Under the pieces are notes generated by a model, which was not told the origin of the DNA, ran no database searches, and saw only the letters and a list, made by a program, of their open reading frames with translations. The position numbers were made by a program, and so were the translations under genes. Below, piece after piece: positions 27,212-37,802 of a stretch of 64,000 bases of DNA. This DNA comes from an uncultured Thermoleophilaceae bacterium (GTDB lineage Bacteria; Actinomycetota; Thermoleophilia; Solirubrobacterales; Thermoleophilaceae), in contig CAWKKJ010000024.1 of NCBI GenBank assembly GCA_963850205.1, positions 55,837 through 119,836 on the forward strand, read 5' to 3'. Position 1 is the stretch's first letter, and every line of letters begins with the position of its first letter.

Positions 27212-27267
27212 GAGTTGGTTTCGATAGGGTCCGCGCCCGCCCGCGCGGCGGGGGATAGTACCTACCG

Positions 27268-28407
27268 ATGGATCTCCTCGAATACCAGGGCAAGCAGCTC
27301 TTTCAAAAGCACGGCGTGCCGGTGCCGGACGGGAGGCATGCGGCCACGGTCCCGGAGGCGGTGGAGGCGGCCGAGGAGCTGGGCTATCCGGTGGTGATCA
27401 AGGCCCAGGTCCAGATCGGTGGGCGCGGCAAGGCGGGGGGCATCAAGCTCGCCGCCGACCGGGCCGAGGCCGAGCAGCACGCCGAGGCCATCCTGGGCAT
27501 GGACATCAGGGGCTTCGAGGTCCACGAGCTGTACGTGGAGAACGCCAGCGAGATCGACGAGGAGTACTACGCCGGGATCGTGTTCGACCGCTCGGCCAAG
27601 AAGCCGATGGCCATGCTCTCGCGCATGGGCGGCATGGACGTCGAGAAGGTGGCCGAGACCGACCCCGAGGCGATGCGCATGCTGCACGTGGACCCGCTCA
27701 TCGGCTTCCAGGAGTTCCAGGGCCGCCGGCTCGCCTTCGAGGCGGGGATCGCGGAGGACGTGGTGCGCCCGGTGGGCGCCATGCTGGCGCGGCTCTACGA
27801 CGTGTTCGTGGCCGAGGACGCGACGCTGGTGGAGGTCAACCCGCTGCTGGTGACCAAGACTCGCGAGGTGGTGGCGCTCGACGCCAAGGTCACCGTGGAC
27901 GCCAACGCCCTCTTCCGCCATCCCGACGTGGCCAAGCTCCGCAACGCGTCCGGTGAGGACCCCCAGGAGCGCATGGCCCGGGAGCGGGGGCTCACCTACG
28001 TGAAGCTCGACGGCAACGTCGGGATCCTGGGTAACGGCGCAGGGCTGGTGATGTCCACGCTCGACGTGGTGGCCCAGGCGGGTGGGAAGCCGGCCAACTT
28101 CCTGGACGCCGGCGGCGGCTCGAAGGCCGACGCCATCACCAGCGCCGTCGAGGTGATCCTCTCCGACGACAAGGTCACCGCGGTGCTGTTCAACATCTTC
28201 GGCGGGATCACCCGCTGCGACGAGGTGGCCCGGGGCCTGATCGAGGCCTTCGCCCAGATCGAGCCCGACGTGCCCTTCGTGGTCCGCCTGGACGGCACCA
28301 ACGACAAGGAGGGCCGCCAGCTGCTGGCCGAGGCCGACCTGCCCAACGTGCACACCGAGGCGACCATGCTGGGCGCCGCCGAGAAGGTCGTGGAGCTGGC
28401 CCACTGA
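27268..28407 (+). CDS. sucC: Succinyl-CoA synthetase beta subunit
   Basis: ORF 27268..28407. MDLLEYQGKQLF..., ATP-grasp segment VIKAQVQIGGRGKAGGIKLA, C-terminal CoA-ligase domain. Confidence 0.95.
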   Translation: MDLLEYQGKQLFQKHGVPVPDGRHAATVPEAVEAAEELGYPVVIKAQVQIGGRGKAGGIKLAADRAEAEQHAEAILGMDIRGFEVHELYVENASEIDEEYYAGIVFDRSAKKPMAMLSRMGGMDVEKVAETDPEAMRMLHVDPLIGFQEFQGRRLAFEAGIAEDVVRPVGAMLARLYDVFVAEDATLVEVNPLLVTKTREVVALDAKVTVDANALFRHPDVAKLRNASGEDPQERMARERGLTYVKLDGNVGILGNGAGLVMSTLDVVAQAGGKPANFLDAGGGSKADAITSAVEVILSDDKVTAVLFNIFGGITRCDEVARGLIEAFAQIEPDVPFVVRLDGTNDKEGRQLLAEADLPNVHTEATMLGAAEKVVELAH

Positions 28408-28409
28408 CC

Positions 28410-29288
28410 ATGGCGATCCTGGTCGACTCCGACACCCGGCTGTGCGTCTCGGGCATCACCGGCCGCGAGGGCACCTTCCACACCCTGCGCAATCGCGACT
28501 ACGGCACCAGCGTGGTCTCCGGCGTGACTCCCGGCAAGGGCGGCCAGGACGTGGAGGGCATCCCCGTGTTCGACACCTTCCACGCCGCCGTGGCCGAGAC
28601 CGGCGCCAACACCGCGATGGTCTTCGTGCCACCGCGGTTTGCCGCCGACTCGATCCTCGAGGCCGAGGATGCCGGGATCGACCTGGTCATCGCCATCACC
28701 GAGGGCATCCCGGCCCACGACGAGCTGCGGGTCTACAACCACCTCCACCGGGGCTCGACCCGGCTCATCGGGCCGAATTGCCCCGGGATCCTCTCCCCCG
28801 GCAAGGCCAACGTGGGCATCATCCCCGCCCAGTTCTTCAAGAAGGGAAACGTGGGGCTGGTGTCGCGCTCGGGCACGCTGACCTACCAGATCGGCAACGA
28901 GCTGGCCCAGAACGGCTTCGGCAACTCCTCGATCGTGGGCATCGGCGGCGACCCCGTCCCCGGCTCCAGCTTCATCGACATCATCGAGCTGTTCGAGGCC
29001 GACCAGGAGACCGAGCTCATCGTGATGTGCGGCGAGATCGGCGGCTCCGCCGAGGAGGAGGCCGCCGACTTCATCGCCGAGCACGTGTCCAAGCCGGTGC
29101 TGGCCTACATCGCGGGCTTCACGGCGCCGCCGGGCAAGACCATGGGCCACGCGGGCGCGATCGTCAGCGGCTCGAAGGGCACGGCGGCGGCCAAGGCCGA
29201 GGCGCTCGAGGCCAAGGGGGTCAGGGTGGGCCGCAACCCGACGCAGGTGGCCGAGATCGCGGTGGAGATCCTGGGCGCCCGCGTGTAG
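28410..29288 (+). CDS. sucD: Succinyl-CoA synthetase alpha subunit
   Basis: ORF 28410..29288. GITGREGTFH, SRSGTLTYQ, phosphohistidine loop GHAGAIVSG. Confidence 0.95.
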   Translation: MAILVDSDTRLCVSGITGREGTFHTLRNRDYGTSVVSGVTPGKGGQDVEGIPVFDTFHAAVAETGANTAMVFVPPRFAADSILEAEDAGIDLVIAITEGIPAHDELRVYNHLHRGSTRLIGPNCPGILSPGKANVGIIPAQFFKKGNVGLVSRSGTLTYQIGNELAQNGFGNSSIVGIGGDPVPGSSFIDIIELFEADQETELIVMCGEIGGSAEEEAADFIAEHVSKPVLAYIAGFTAPPGKTMGHAGAIVSGSKGTAAAKAEALEAKGVRVGRNPTQVAEIAVEILGARV

Positions 29289-30432
29289 ATGCCCCGCCCC
29301 CGCACCCGGGCGCTGGTGGGCTTCGCGGCGTTCGGGCTCCTGTGGGGATTCTGGGGGGCGGAGCTTCCCGCCATCCAGGCGCAGGCCGAGGTGGATGACG
29401 GGGAGCTCGGGCTCGCCCTGCTGTGCATCGGGCTCGGCGCGCTGCTGTCGATGCGCCCCACCGGCCTGCTGGTGGACCGCGTCCCGTACGTGCTGCCGGT
29501 GACCGTCGCCTTGCTGGGCGCCGCTGCGATCGGCCCGGCGCTGGCCGGCTCGGCCGCGAGCCTGGCGGCCTCGCTGTTCGTCCTGGGCGCGTGCTCGGGG
29601 GCGATGGACGTGGCCATCAACGCCGAGGCCGCCGACGCCGAGAGCGACGGCGAGCCGCTGATGAACCTGGCCCACGGCGCCTTCTCGGCCAGCGTCGTGG
29701 TGTCGAGCGTCCTCGTGGGCCTGCTGCGCGAGCTCGATGCGTCGCCGGAGCTCGTGCTGGGGCTCGCTGCCGCGGTGCTGCTGACCGCGGCGGTGGCGCT
29801 GTCCCTGCTGCCGGGCCGCACACCGGGGAACGCCCGGCAGCGGGCTCCGCGCGCCTCCCTGCTGCGCATACCGCGGCCGCTGCTCATCCTCGGCGCCCTG
29901 GCCGCGCTCGCCTTCGTCATCGAGAACGCGTGGCAGAGCTGGGCCGCCGTCTACCTCGAGGGCAGCCTCGAGGCCTCGCCCGGGATCGCCGCGCTCGGGC
30001 CGGCGGTCTTCGCCGCGGCCGCCGCGGCGGGACGCGGCGCGGGCCACCTGCTCGCGCGGCGCCTGACCGACCGGACCATGCTGGCGCTGGGCGCGACCGT
30101 CGGCGGCGCCGGGACGCTGCTGGCCGCGCTGGCTCCCGGGAGCGCTGTCGCCCTGGCCGGGATCGGGGTGGCGGGTCTGGGGACCTCGATCTGCGCTCCC
30201 ACGCTGTTCAGCCTCGCCGGCCGCAGCGCCCGCCCCGAGCAGCGAGCCGCCGCGGTATCCGCGGTCACCACGCTCGCGTACCTCGGGTTCGTCGCCGGGC
30301 CGGCGCTGGTCGGCCTCGCCGCCCCAGGCGAGCAGCCTGCCGGCCGCCCTGGGAGGGGTGGCGGGCCTGGCCGTGCTGCTCGCCGTGGCCGCGCGCTTCG
30401 CGCCCGTGCCGGATCGCGTGTTCGTCCGGTGA
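29289..30432 (+). pseudogene. MFS transporter with an apparent +1 frameshift near the 3' end (pseudogene or homopolymer sequencing error)
   Basis: ORF 29289..30455 is MFS-like up to ...GPALVGLAA, then becomes Arg/Gly filler. The +1 frame from 30322 reads QASSLPAALGGVAGLAVLLAVAARFAPVPDRVFVR*, a good final TM helix with stop at 30430-30432. The shift sits in C-run 30322-30325. Confidence 0.7.
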
Positions 30433-30460
30433 CTGAAGAGATCGCAGTGATCTAAGGCGC

Positions 30461-30466
30461 TATACT
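30461..30466 (+). promoter_or_regulatory. Candidate -10 box (TATACT) for the Xre-RES operon
   Basis: Locally AT-rich 30436-30490. TATACT lies directly before the first ATG, so the true antitoxin start may be ATG 30480 or 30489. A short inverted repeat AGATC-gcagt-GATCT sits just upstream. Confidence 0.3.
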
Positions 30467-30467
30467 C

Positions 30468-31058
30468 ATGCTTATCACTATGACTGCCATGGACGTCATC
30501 GATCGCGTAGCGGCCGAGACCGATCTCGAGCCGGAGGCCGTGGAGCGCGTGGTCGCTGCGCTGGCGGCCCACAACGGCCATGCGGAGGCCGGCGCCGCCG
30601 AGCTGATCGAGGCGCTCATGCCGGTGCCGCTCACGGTACCCACTCCGGCGGCGGTGCTGCAGGCGAGGCGCAACGCCGAGGCGCGCACCGCGCTCCTGCG
30701 CGAGTTCGGGGCCCTGCGCAGCGCCGAGGTGGCCGAGCTCGCGGGCTCGCGGGCCGGGAACCGGGCCGCGCTGGCCAACCGCTGGCGCAGCGAGGGCCGG
30801 GTGCTGGCGGTGGGTGTGGGCGACGAGCTGCTGTACCCCGGATTTCAGTTCACCTCCGAAGGCCGGCCCCACGCCGGCGTCGCGGAGGCGCTGCGCCTGC
30901 TGCGGACGGCGCCCGGCCTCACGGACTGGCAGGCCGCCCTGTGGTTCGCCACCCCCACCGGCTGGCTGGAAGGCCGGCGGCCGGTGGACCTGCTCGACGA
31001 GGATCCGGCGGCCGTCGCGGAGGCGGCCGAGCGGGAAGTCAGCGCGATTGCCGGTTAG
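30468..31058 (+). CDS. Xre/MbcA/ParS-type antitoxin (DUF2384-like C-terminal toxin-binding domain)
   Basis: ORF 30468..31058. The C-terminal segment LTDWQAALWFATPTGWLEGRRPVDLL is typical of antitoxins paired with RES toxins. The start is ambiguous (30468/30480/30489). Confidence 0.7.
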   Translation: MLITMTAMDVIDRVAAETDLEPEAVERVVAALAAHNGHAEAGAAELIEALMPVPLTVPTPAAVLQARRNAEARTALLREFGALRSAEVAELAGSRAGNRAALANRWRSEGRVLAVGVGDELLYPGFQFTSEGRPHAGVAEALRLLRTAPGLTDWQAALWFATPTGWLEGRRPVDLLDEDPAAVAEAAEREVSAIAG

Positions 31059-31686
31059 CGGGGCCGTCCCGCCGCCGGCGGGGGACCTCGACCCGCTCGT
31101 GCACGAGTGGCGGGCCGGCGAGCTCATCGTGCGCTGTCACCACCGCCGGCATGGGCCGACCGTGTTCAACCGGACCGCCGCGGACGGTCGATTCCGGCCG
31201 GTTCGCAGCGAGGGCCGCATCGTCGGCACGCTGTACGGGGCCGGCGATGTGGCCGGCGCGCTCTCCGAGACGGTCTTCCGTGCGGTGCCCGTCGGGCCGG
31301 GCCCCAAGCGGATGGCGCGCGCCCTGCTCGAGCCGATGGTGGCCTCGACCCTGAGCCCCCGGCGACGGCTCCGGCTCGCATCGCTCCACGGCCACGGCCT
31401 GCGCCGTGTGGGCGCGACCCGGGCCCAGCTGATCGACTCGGAGGCCGGCGCCTACCCGCAGCTCGCCGCCTGGGGCCAGGCGTTGCACGACTGCGCACTG
31501 TTACCCGACGGGATCGTCTGGCGCTCACGCCACTACGACGACGCCTACGCGATGGTCCTGTTCGCCGGCCGGGTGGACCGGCGCGACCTCGAGGTCGAGC
31601 GTCCACCGCTCGCGCTCGCCGCCGGACCCGGCTTCGAGCTGGCGCTCGACCTCGCCGAGCGGGCCGCCATCACCATCGTGCAGTAG
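31048..31686 (+). CDS. RES-domain toxin
   Basis: Tail of ORF 30814..31686. R-E-S signature in GRFRP, ALSETVF, VWRSRHY. The start is TTG 31048 (overlapping the antitoxin stop) or GTG 31099. Confidence 0.75.
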   Translation: MPVSGAVPPPAGDLDPLVHEWRAGELIVRCHHRRHGPTVFNRTAADGRFRPVRSEGRIVGTLYGAGDVAGALSETVFRAVPVGPGPKRMARALLEPMVASTLSPRRRLRLASLHGHGLRRVGATRAQLIDSEAGAYPQLAAWGQALHDCALLPDGIVWRSRHYDDAYAMVLFAGRVDRRDLEVERPPLALAAGPGFELALDLAERAAITIVQ

Positions 31687-31822
31687 GGAGCGGCCCGGGC
31701 CACCCTCGCGTGCGCGATGATCGCCTGGTGGGCCGAGTCACGAGCGTTTCCCCGGGAATGCGAGATCCAGGGGCGGTTCCTGGGCCGCAGTTTCGGGTGG
31801 AGCGGTGTGAGGAGGTCCACTA

Positions 31823-32230
31823 GTGACCGAGTTCGAGCCCACCGGCCTGGACGAGCGGCTCGACGCGGTCCAGCAGCTGTGGGCGACCTACCGCGACGAC
31901 GGGACCGAGCGGGCCATCACCCTGCTCGACCCCGATGTGGAGTGGGTGGACCGCGAGGGCCACGACTTCTCCGGGCACGACGGGGTGCGCAGGTTCTTCG
32001 CCGCGTTCGATGAGCGCGGCGAGCGCTTCGCCGCCTCCCTGTTCACCTTCGAGCTCCACGAGCCGGATCTGCTGGCGGTCGGCCACCACCGCATCCGCGA
32101 CAGCGAGGGCGTCCGGGGCGACTACACGTACTTCGTGCACAGCGTGCGCGACGGCCGGGTGTGCCGCATCTCCGCGCACGCGACGCGCGAGCAGGCGCTG
32201 GCCGACATCCGGCGGCGAGCGACCCCCTAG
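31823..32230 (+). CDS. NTF2/SnoaL-like fold protein
   Basis: ORF 31823..32230. GTG start with GGAGG at 31811-31815. The size and pattern (DPDVEWVDREG...GHDGVRRFF) fit SnoaL-like proteins. Confidence 0.6.
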   Translation: MTEFEPTGLDERLDAVQQLWATYRDDGTERAITLLDPDVEWVDREGHDFSGHDGVRRFFAAFDERGERFAASLFTFELHEPDLLAVGHHRIRDSEGVRGDYTYFVHSVRDGRVCRISAHATREQALADIRRRATP

Positions 32231-32244
32231 CGGCCCTCGCTATC

Positions 32245-33360
32245 GTGGCGGCGCACGTGGCCGAGCTCACCAACATCTCCCTCGCCCGCGGGGCCCCCTC
32301 GCTCGACATCGTGGCCGTCGACGACCTGCGCGCCGCGGCCGACCGGGCCTTCGACCGGGACCCCGGGGGCAGCTTCTCGTACGGCACCGCCGCCGGATAT
32401 CCGCGCCTGCTGGAGTGGATAGCGGCCAAGCAGGACGTCGAGCCCGAGAACACCATCGCCACGAACGGCTCGATGCAGGCGGACGCGTTCCTGTTCACCG
32501 CCCTGATCGAGCCCGGCGACACGGTGGTGGTGGAGGCCCCCACCTACGACCGCACGCTCCTGGCCCTGCGCCAGATGGGAGCCGACGTGGTGCCGGTCGA
32601 GCTGGAGCCCGACGGCATCGACGTCGAGGAGCTCGAGCGGCTGCTGCGGTCGGGCACCCGGCCCAAGCTCGCCCACATCATCCCCAACTTCCAGAACCCG
32701 GCGGGCTGCACGCTGTCGCTGGAGAAGCGCCACAAGCTGCTGGAGCTGGCCGCCGAGTACGAGTTCACGATCTTCGAGGACGACCCCTACGTCGAGCTGC
32801 GCTTCGAGGGCATGCAGCAGCCCACGATGCTGTCGCTCGACGAGAACGAGCGCGTGGTGTACGCGTCCTCGTTCTCGAAGACGGTATGCCCGGGCATTCG
32901 CGTGGGCTATCTCGTGGGGGCCGTCGACCTCATCACGCGGATCCGCAAGCTGGCCACCGGCACCTACATCTCGCCCAGCATGGTGTCGCAGTCGATCGTG
33001 GCCGAGTTCTGCCACTCGGGAGCGATCGAGCGCTCGATCGCCACGGTCAAGCGAGCGCTGCTGCAGCGCCGGGACGCGACGGCCGACGCGCTCGAGCGCC
33101 ACCTTCCCGACGCCCGCTTCGTCACGCCCGAGGGCGGTTACTTCCTCTGGGTCGACCTGCCCGAGGGCAGCGACGTGGCCCGCCTGGAGGCGGGTGCGCG
33201 CGAGCGGGGAGTGATCTTCGTAAAGGGCACGGACTTCCTGCTCGAGGGCGGGGAGAGCTCGTTCCGGCTGGCCTATTCGGCCGTGCCACCCGACCAGATC
33301 GAGGAGGGCATCACCCGCGTGGCGGACGCCTACCGCGAGCTGGCCGGGGCCGCTGCGTGA
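32245..33360 (+). CDS. PLP-dependent aminotransferase, class I/II
   Basis: ORF 32161..33360 trimmed to GTG 32245 (after the upstream stop). IPNFQNPAG and the PLP-lysine context SSFSKT. Confidence 0.85.
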   Translation: MAAHVAELTNISLARGAPSLDIVAVDDLRAAADRAFDRDPGGSFSYGTAAGYPRLLEWIAAKQDVEPENTIATNGSMQADAFLFTALIEPGDTVVVEAPTYDRTLLALRQMGADVVPVELEPDGIDVEELERLLRSGTRPKLAHIIPNFQNPAGCTLSLEKRHKLLELAAEYEFTIFEDDPYVELRFEGMQQPTMLSLDENERVVYASSFSKTVCPGIRVGYLVGAVDLITRIRKLATGTYISPSMVSQSIVAEFCHSGAIERSIATVKRALLQRRDATADALERHLPDARFVTPEGGYFLWVDLPEGSDVARLEAGARERGVIFVKGTDFLLEGGESSFRLAYSAVPPDQIEEGITRVADAYRELAGAAA

Positions 33361-34097
33361 TCGACCTCCAACGGCCGCGCGACATCAGCGCGCTGTTCGG
33401 CGACTCGCTCTCCGTCCTCTTCCGCCACGCCCCGGTCTTCATCGCCCTCTCGGCCGCGGTCACGGTCCCGGTGCACCTGGTGGTGGAGGGCATCGGCCTG
33501 GAGGCCTTCACCGCGGGCTACGACGACACGCTCGCCCCGGCCGAGACGGCCGTCCCCACGGTGGTCAGCTTCCTGGTCGTCTCGCCCCTGATCACCGCGA
33601 TCTGCATCCACGCCCTGCGGTCGGTGGCGACCGGCGGTCGGCCGGGTGCCCGCCAGTCGCTGCTCTCGGGCTTCGAGGCCTTCACGCCGCTGTTCTTCGC
33701 GGTACTGCTGGCCGCCGTCGGCATCGCCGTCGGCCTGCTGGCGCTGATCATTCCCGGCGTCTACCTGGCCGTGCGCTGGTTCTTCGTCCCCCAGGAGGTC
33801 GTGGTCGAGGGTGCCCGCGGCCCGGGCGCGCTCGCCCGCTCCGGCCAGGTGGTGCGCGGCTTCTGGTGGCGCACCTTCGGGCTCGTGATCGTGGCCAACC
33901 TGGCGGCGACCATCCCCGCGCTGCTGTTCGCCGCTCCGTTCAACGCCATCGCCGCCAGCACCGACCGGGCGGTGTGGGCCATGGTGGGCACCATCTGCGC
34001 CGGGACGATCACCACGCCCTTCGTGGCCCTGTTCTCCACGTTTCTCTGGTACGACCTGCGCGCCCGGCGCGCTGCGGCACCGCCGGATCCAGGCTGA
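33357..34097 (+). CDS. Integral membrane protein of unknown function
   Basis: Tail of ORF 31935..34097, from GTG 33357 (GTGA overlap with the aminotransferase stop). About 6 hydrophobic helices. Resembles GP-PDE membrane-domain/DUF975-type proteins (weak). Confidence 0.6.
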   Translation: MIDLQRPRDISALFGDSLSVLFRHAPVFIALSAAVTVPVHLVVEGIGLEAFTAGYDDTLAPAETAVPTVVSFLVVSPLITAICIHALRSVATGGRPGARQSLLSGFEAFTPLFFAVLLAAVGIAVGLLALIIPGVYLAVRWFFVPQEVVVEGARGPGALARSGQVVRGFWWRTFGLVIVANLAATIPALLFAAPFNAIAASTDRAVWAMVGTICAGTITTPFVALFSTFLWYDLRARRAAAPPDPG

Positions 34098-34105
34098 GTC
34101 AGCGC

Positions 34106-35413
34106 TCAGGGCCCCAGCACCGCGTGAATCAACGGCGGCGCCTTCACCGCCTCCTTCGACCAGCTCAGCGCCTCCAGCACCTCGCGGCCCGCCGCCTCGG
34201 CCGCGTCGTCATGGTTCGCCCAGACCCGGGCCACCAGCGTGTCCGGACCGACCTCGTCACCGATGGAGGCCAGGAAGTCGATTCCCACCGCCAGGTCGAT
34301 CTCGTCCTCCTTCTTCTGCCGCCCCGCCCCGACCCCCGCGGCGGCCGCGCCGATCGCCTCGGCGTCCACTGCGGACAGCCAGCCCTCCTGCCCGGCGCGG
34401 ACCTCGTGGCAGACCGGCGCCTCGGGCAGCAGCGCCGGATCCTCGACGATCCGCGGGTCGCCGCCCTGGGCCTCCACGAAGCGCTGGAAGCGCTCCAGAG
34501 CCGCTCCGCTCGACAGCGCCTCCCGCGCGCGGCGGACGCCCTCGTCGCCGTCCTTGGCCTGGTCGGTCAGCGCGGCCATGTGCCCGGTCAGCGCCAGGCA
34601 GAGGTCGGTGAAGCGGCCCTCGCGCTCGCCGCTGAGCACCTCGATCGCCTCGCGCACCTCGCTCGCGTTCCCCACGGACTCGGCCAGCGGCTGGCTCATG
34701 TCGGTGATGAGCGCCCCGGTGGCCCGCCCGCTGTCGCTGCCGAGCTCCACGCACAGCTCGGCCAGCTCCAGCGCGTGACCGTGTTCCTTCATGAACGCGC
34801 CCGAGCCGGTCTTCACGTCGAGAAGGATCGCCCCCGCCCCACCCGCCAGCTTCTTGCTCATCACGCTGGACGCGATGAGCGCGACGTCGTCGACGGTGGC
34901 GGTCACGTCGCGCAGCGCGTACATGGCCTTGTCGGCCGGCACCAGATCCGCCGTCTGGGCGCATACCGCCAGCCCGATCCGCTCCACCTGCTCCACGAGC
35001 TCGCCTGCGGGCAGCTCCGTGCGCATGCCGGGTATGGCGTCGAGCTTGTCGAGCGTGCCGCCGGTGTGGCCGAGCCCGCGCCCGGAGAGCTTGACCACCT
35101 GCATCCCCAGCTCGGCGGCCAGGGGGGCGACCACCAGGGTCGTTCCGTCCCCCACCCCTCCGGTCGAGTGCTTGTCCACCGTCGGCCCGGACAGCCGCGA
35201 CAGGTCGAGCTGGTCGCCCGACTCGACCATCGCCGCGGTCAGGGCGAGGGCCTCCGCGCGCGAGAAGCCCTTCAGGTAGCCCGCCATCAGGAAGGCCGCC
35301 ATCTGGTAGTCGGCGACCTCCTCGCGCGAGTAGGCGAGCACGAAGTCGTGAAGCTCCTCGGCCGGCACCTCCCGGCCGTCCCGCTTGGCGGCAATCACGT
35401 CGAGCGCGCGCAT
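34106..35413 (-). CDS. deoA: Thymidine/pyrimidine-nucleoside phosphorylase
   Basis: C-terminal 435 aa of ORF 34106..35689 (-), from ATG 35413 with GGAGGAGG upstream. Motifs VDKHSTGGVGD and SGRGLGHTGGTLDKL. Confidence 0.92.
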   Translation of the reverse strand: MRALDVIAAKRDGREVPAEELHDFVLAYSREEVADYQMAAFLMAGYLKGFSRAEALALTAAMVESGDQLDLSRLSGPTVDKHSTGGVGDGTTLVVAPLAAELGMQVVKLSGRGLGHTGGTLDKLDAIPGMRTELPAGELVEQVERIGLAVCAQTADLVPADKAMYALRDVTATVDDVALIASSVMSKKLAGGAGAILLDVKTGSGAFMKEHGHALELAELCVELGSDSGRATGALITDMSQPLAESVGNASEVREAIEVLSGEREGRFTDLCLALTGHMAALTDQAKDGDEGVRRAREALSSGAALERFQRFVEAQGGDPRIVEDPALLPEAPVCHEVRAGQEGWLSAVDAEAIGAAAAGVGAGRQKKEDEIDLAVGIDFLASIGDEVGPDTLVARVWANHDDAAEAAGREVLEALSWSKEAVKAPPLIHAVLGP

Positions 35414-35474
35414 GTGATGACCTCCTCCTCCCCGTGACTGCCGCCGCCCACACTCGGGTAAGCCGGTCCGCAGC

Positions 35475-37134
<1,660 letters not shown>

Positions 37135-37142
<8 letters not shown>

Positions 37143-37270
37143 CCTGCGCGGCCTGCTCGGGCTGGCGGCCATCCTGGCCGTCGCCTTCGCCGTTTCCAGG
37201 AACCCGAGGCCCTGATCGGGTACACCAACGCCGGAATCGACCTACTGTTCGGCCGCATCGTGGGCGGCAA
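37135..37270 (+). pseudogene. nupC-like nucleoside transporter, 5' remnant
   Basis: My own translation: MDDLRGLLGLAAILAVAFAVSRNPRP* (ATG 37135), then in another frame EALIGYTNAGIDLLFGRIVGGK. Both match the first helix and first loop of CNT/NupC proteins (E. coli NupC: ...LALAVVAILALLVSSDRKK... and LLGFANEGTNFVFG). Confidence 0.55.
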
Positions 37271-37300
37271 GCACGAGGAGAGGCCTCCCATCCCTTCCCG

Positions 37301-37515
37301 GCGCCGCCTCGCCCCGGTACGGCGGGAAGGCGGCTCACCCGTGCGGGCCCGGTCCGAGTGTGGCTTCCGAAAGTCGCGGTATCCGCGACTTCTAGACGCC
37401 ACACCCTCGCAGCGGCGGCTCCGGTGCAACAGCGCAGCGACGGGTGTGACAGAGGCGCGACGAGCGCCGGCAGGGACGGTTCCCCCTTACCCAGCCCCCA
37501 GCGGCGCCCGAGCCG
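37301..37515 (+). repeat. Unannotated ~215-bp repeat, copy A (47-nt hairpin core at 37358-37404, conserved 18-mer at 37424-37441)
   Basis: Direct comparison with the reverse complement of 55880-56138. Shared elements are ccgagtgtggcttcc...aagtcgc...atccgcgacttct...gccacaccc and gtgcaacagcgcagcgac, at identical 19-nt spacing. Confidence 0.8.
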
Positions 37516-37544
37516 CCACCCGCAGCCGAGCCGAGCGCCGCCTC

Positions 37545-37688
37545 CTACTCCCGCAGAATCAGCACGGTCCCGAGCGCCAGCAGCGCGATCCCGAGCACCC
37601 TCTTCCAGGTCAGCGCCCGTTCCGGCAGCCCGAGCACCCCCAGGCGGTCCAACACCACCGAGAAGGCCAACTGGCCGGCGATGACGGG
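37545..37688 (-). pseudogene. 3' remnant of a DMT-superfamily YdcZ/DUF606-like membrane protein
   Basis: ORF 37545..37739 (-). Only the last ~48 aa (PVIAGQLAFSVVLDRLGVLGLPERALTWKRVLGIALLALGTVLILRE) look like the family's C-terminal repeat. The upstream residues are filler. Confidence 0.5.
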
Positions 37689-37801
37689 GCCGTCGCCCCG
37701 CCGGCCCGGGGGAGGTGGCGCAGCTCGGGCTGAAGGCACTGCCGGCCGGCTCGCTGGTGAACCTGGGCAACGCGGCTATTGCGGGTGTGGTGGCGGCGTA
37801 G
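37689..37801 (+). pseudogene. nupC-like nucleoside transporter, 3' remnant
   Basis: My own translation of the frame ending at TAG 37799-37801: ...GEVAQLGLKALPAGSLVNLGNAAIAGVVAA*. Compare the E. coli NupC C-terminus ...[28 protein letters not shown]. Confidence 0.55.
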
Positions 37802-37802
37802 C

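Noticed and set aside
27212-27267. A leaderless or near-leaderless sucC transcript from a GATAGT-like -10 element.
   Set aside because: The hexamer is a poor match to TANNNT and the spacing is guesswork. There is no independent support in the sequence.
37260-37733. ORFs 37260..37733 (+), 37049..37429 (-) and 55934..56317 (+), which share the peptide GVASRSRGY.DF.KPHS.
   Set aside because: The shared peptide is a by-product of translating the nucleotide repeat. The ORFs have no coding signature and read through gene remnants.
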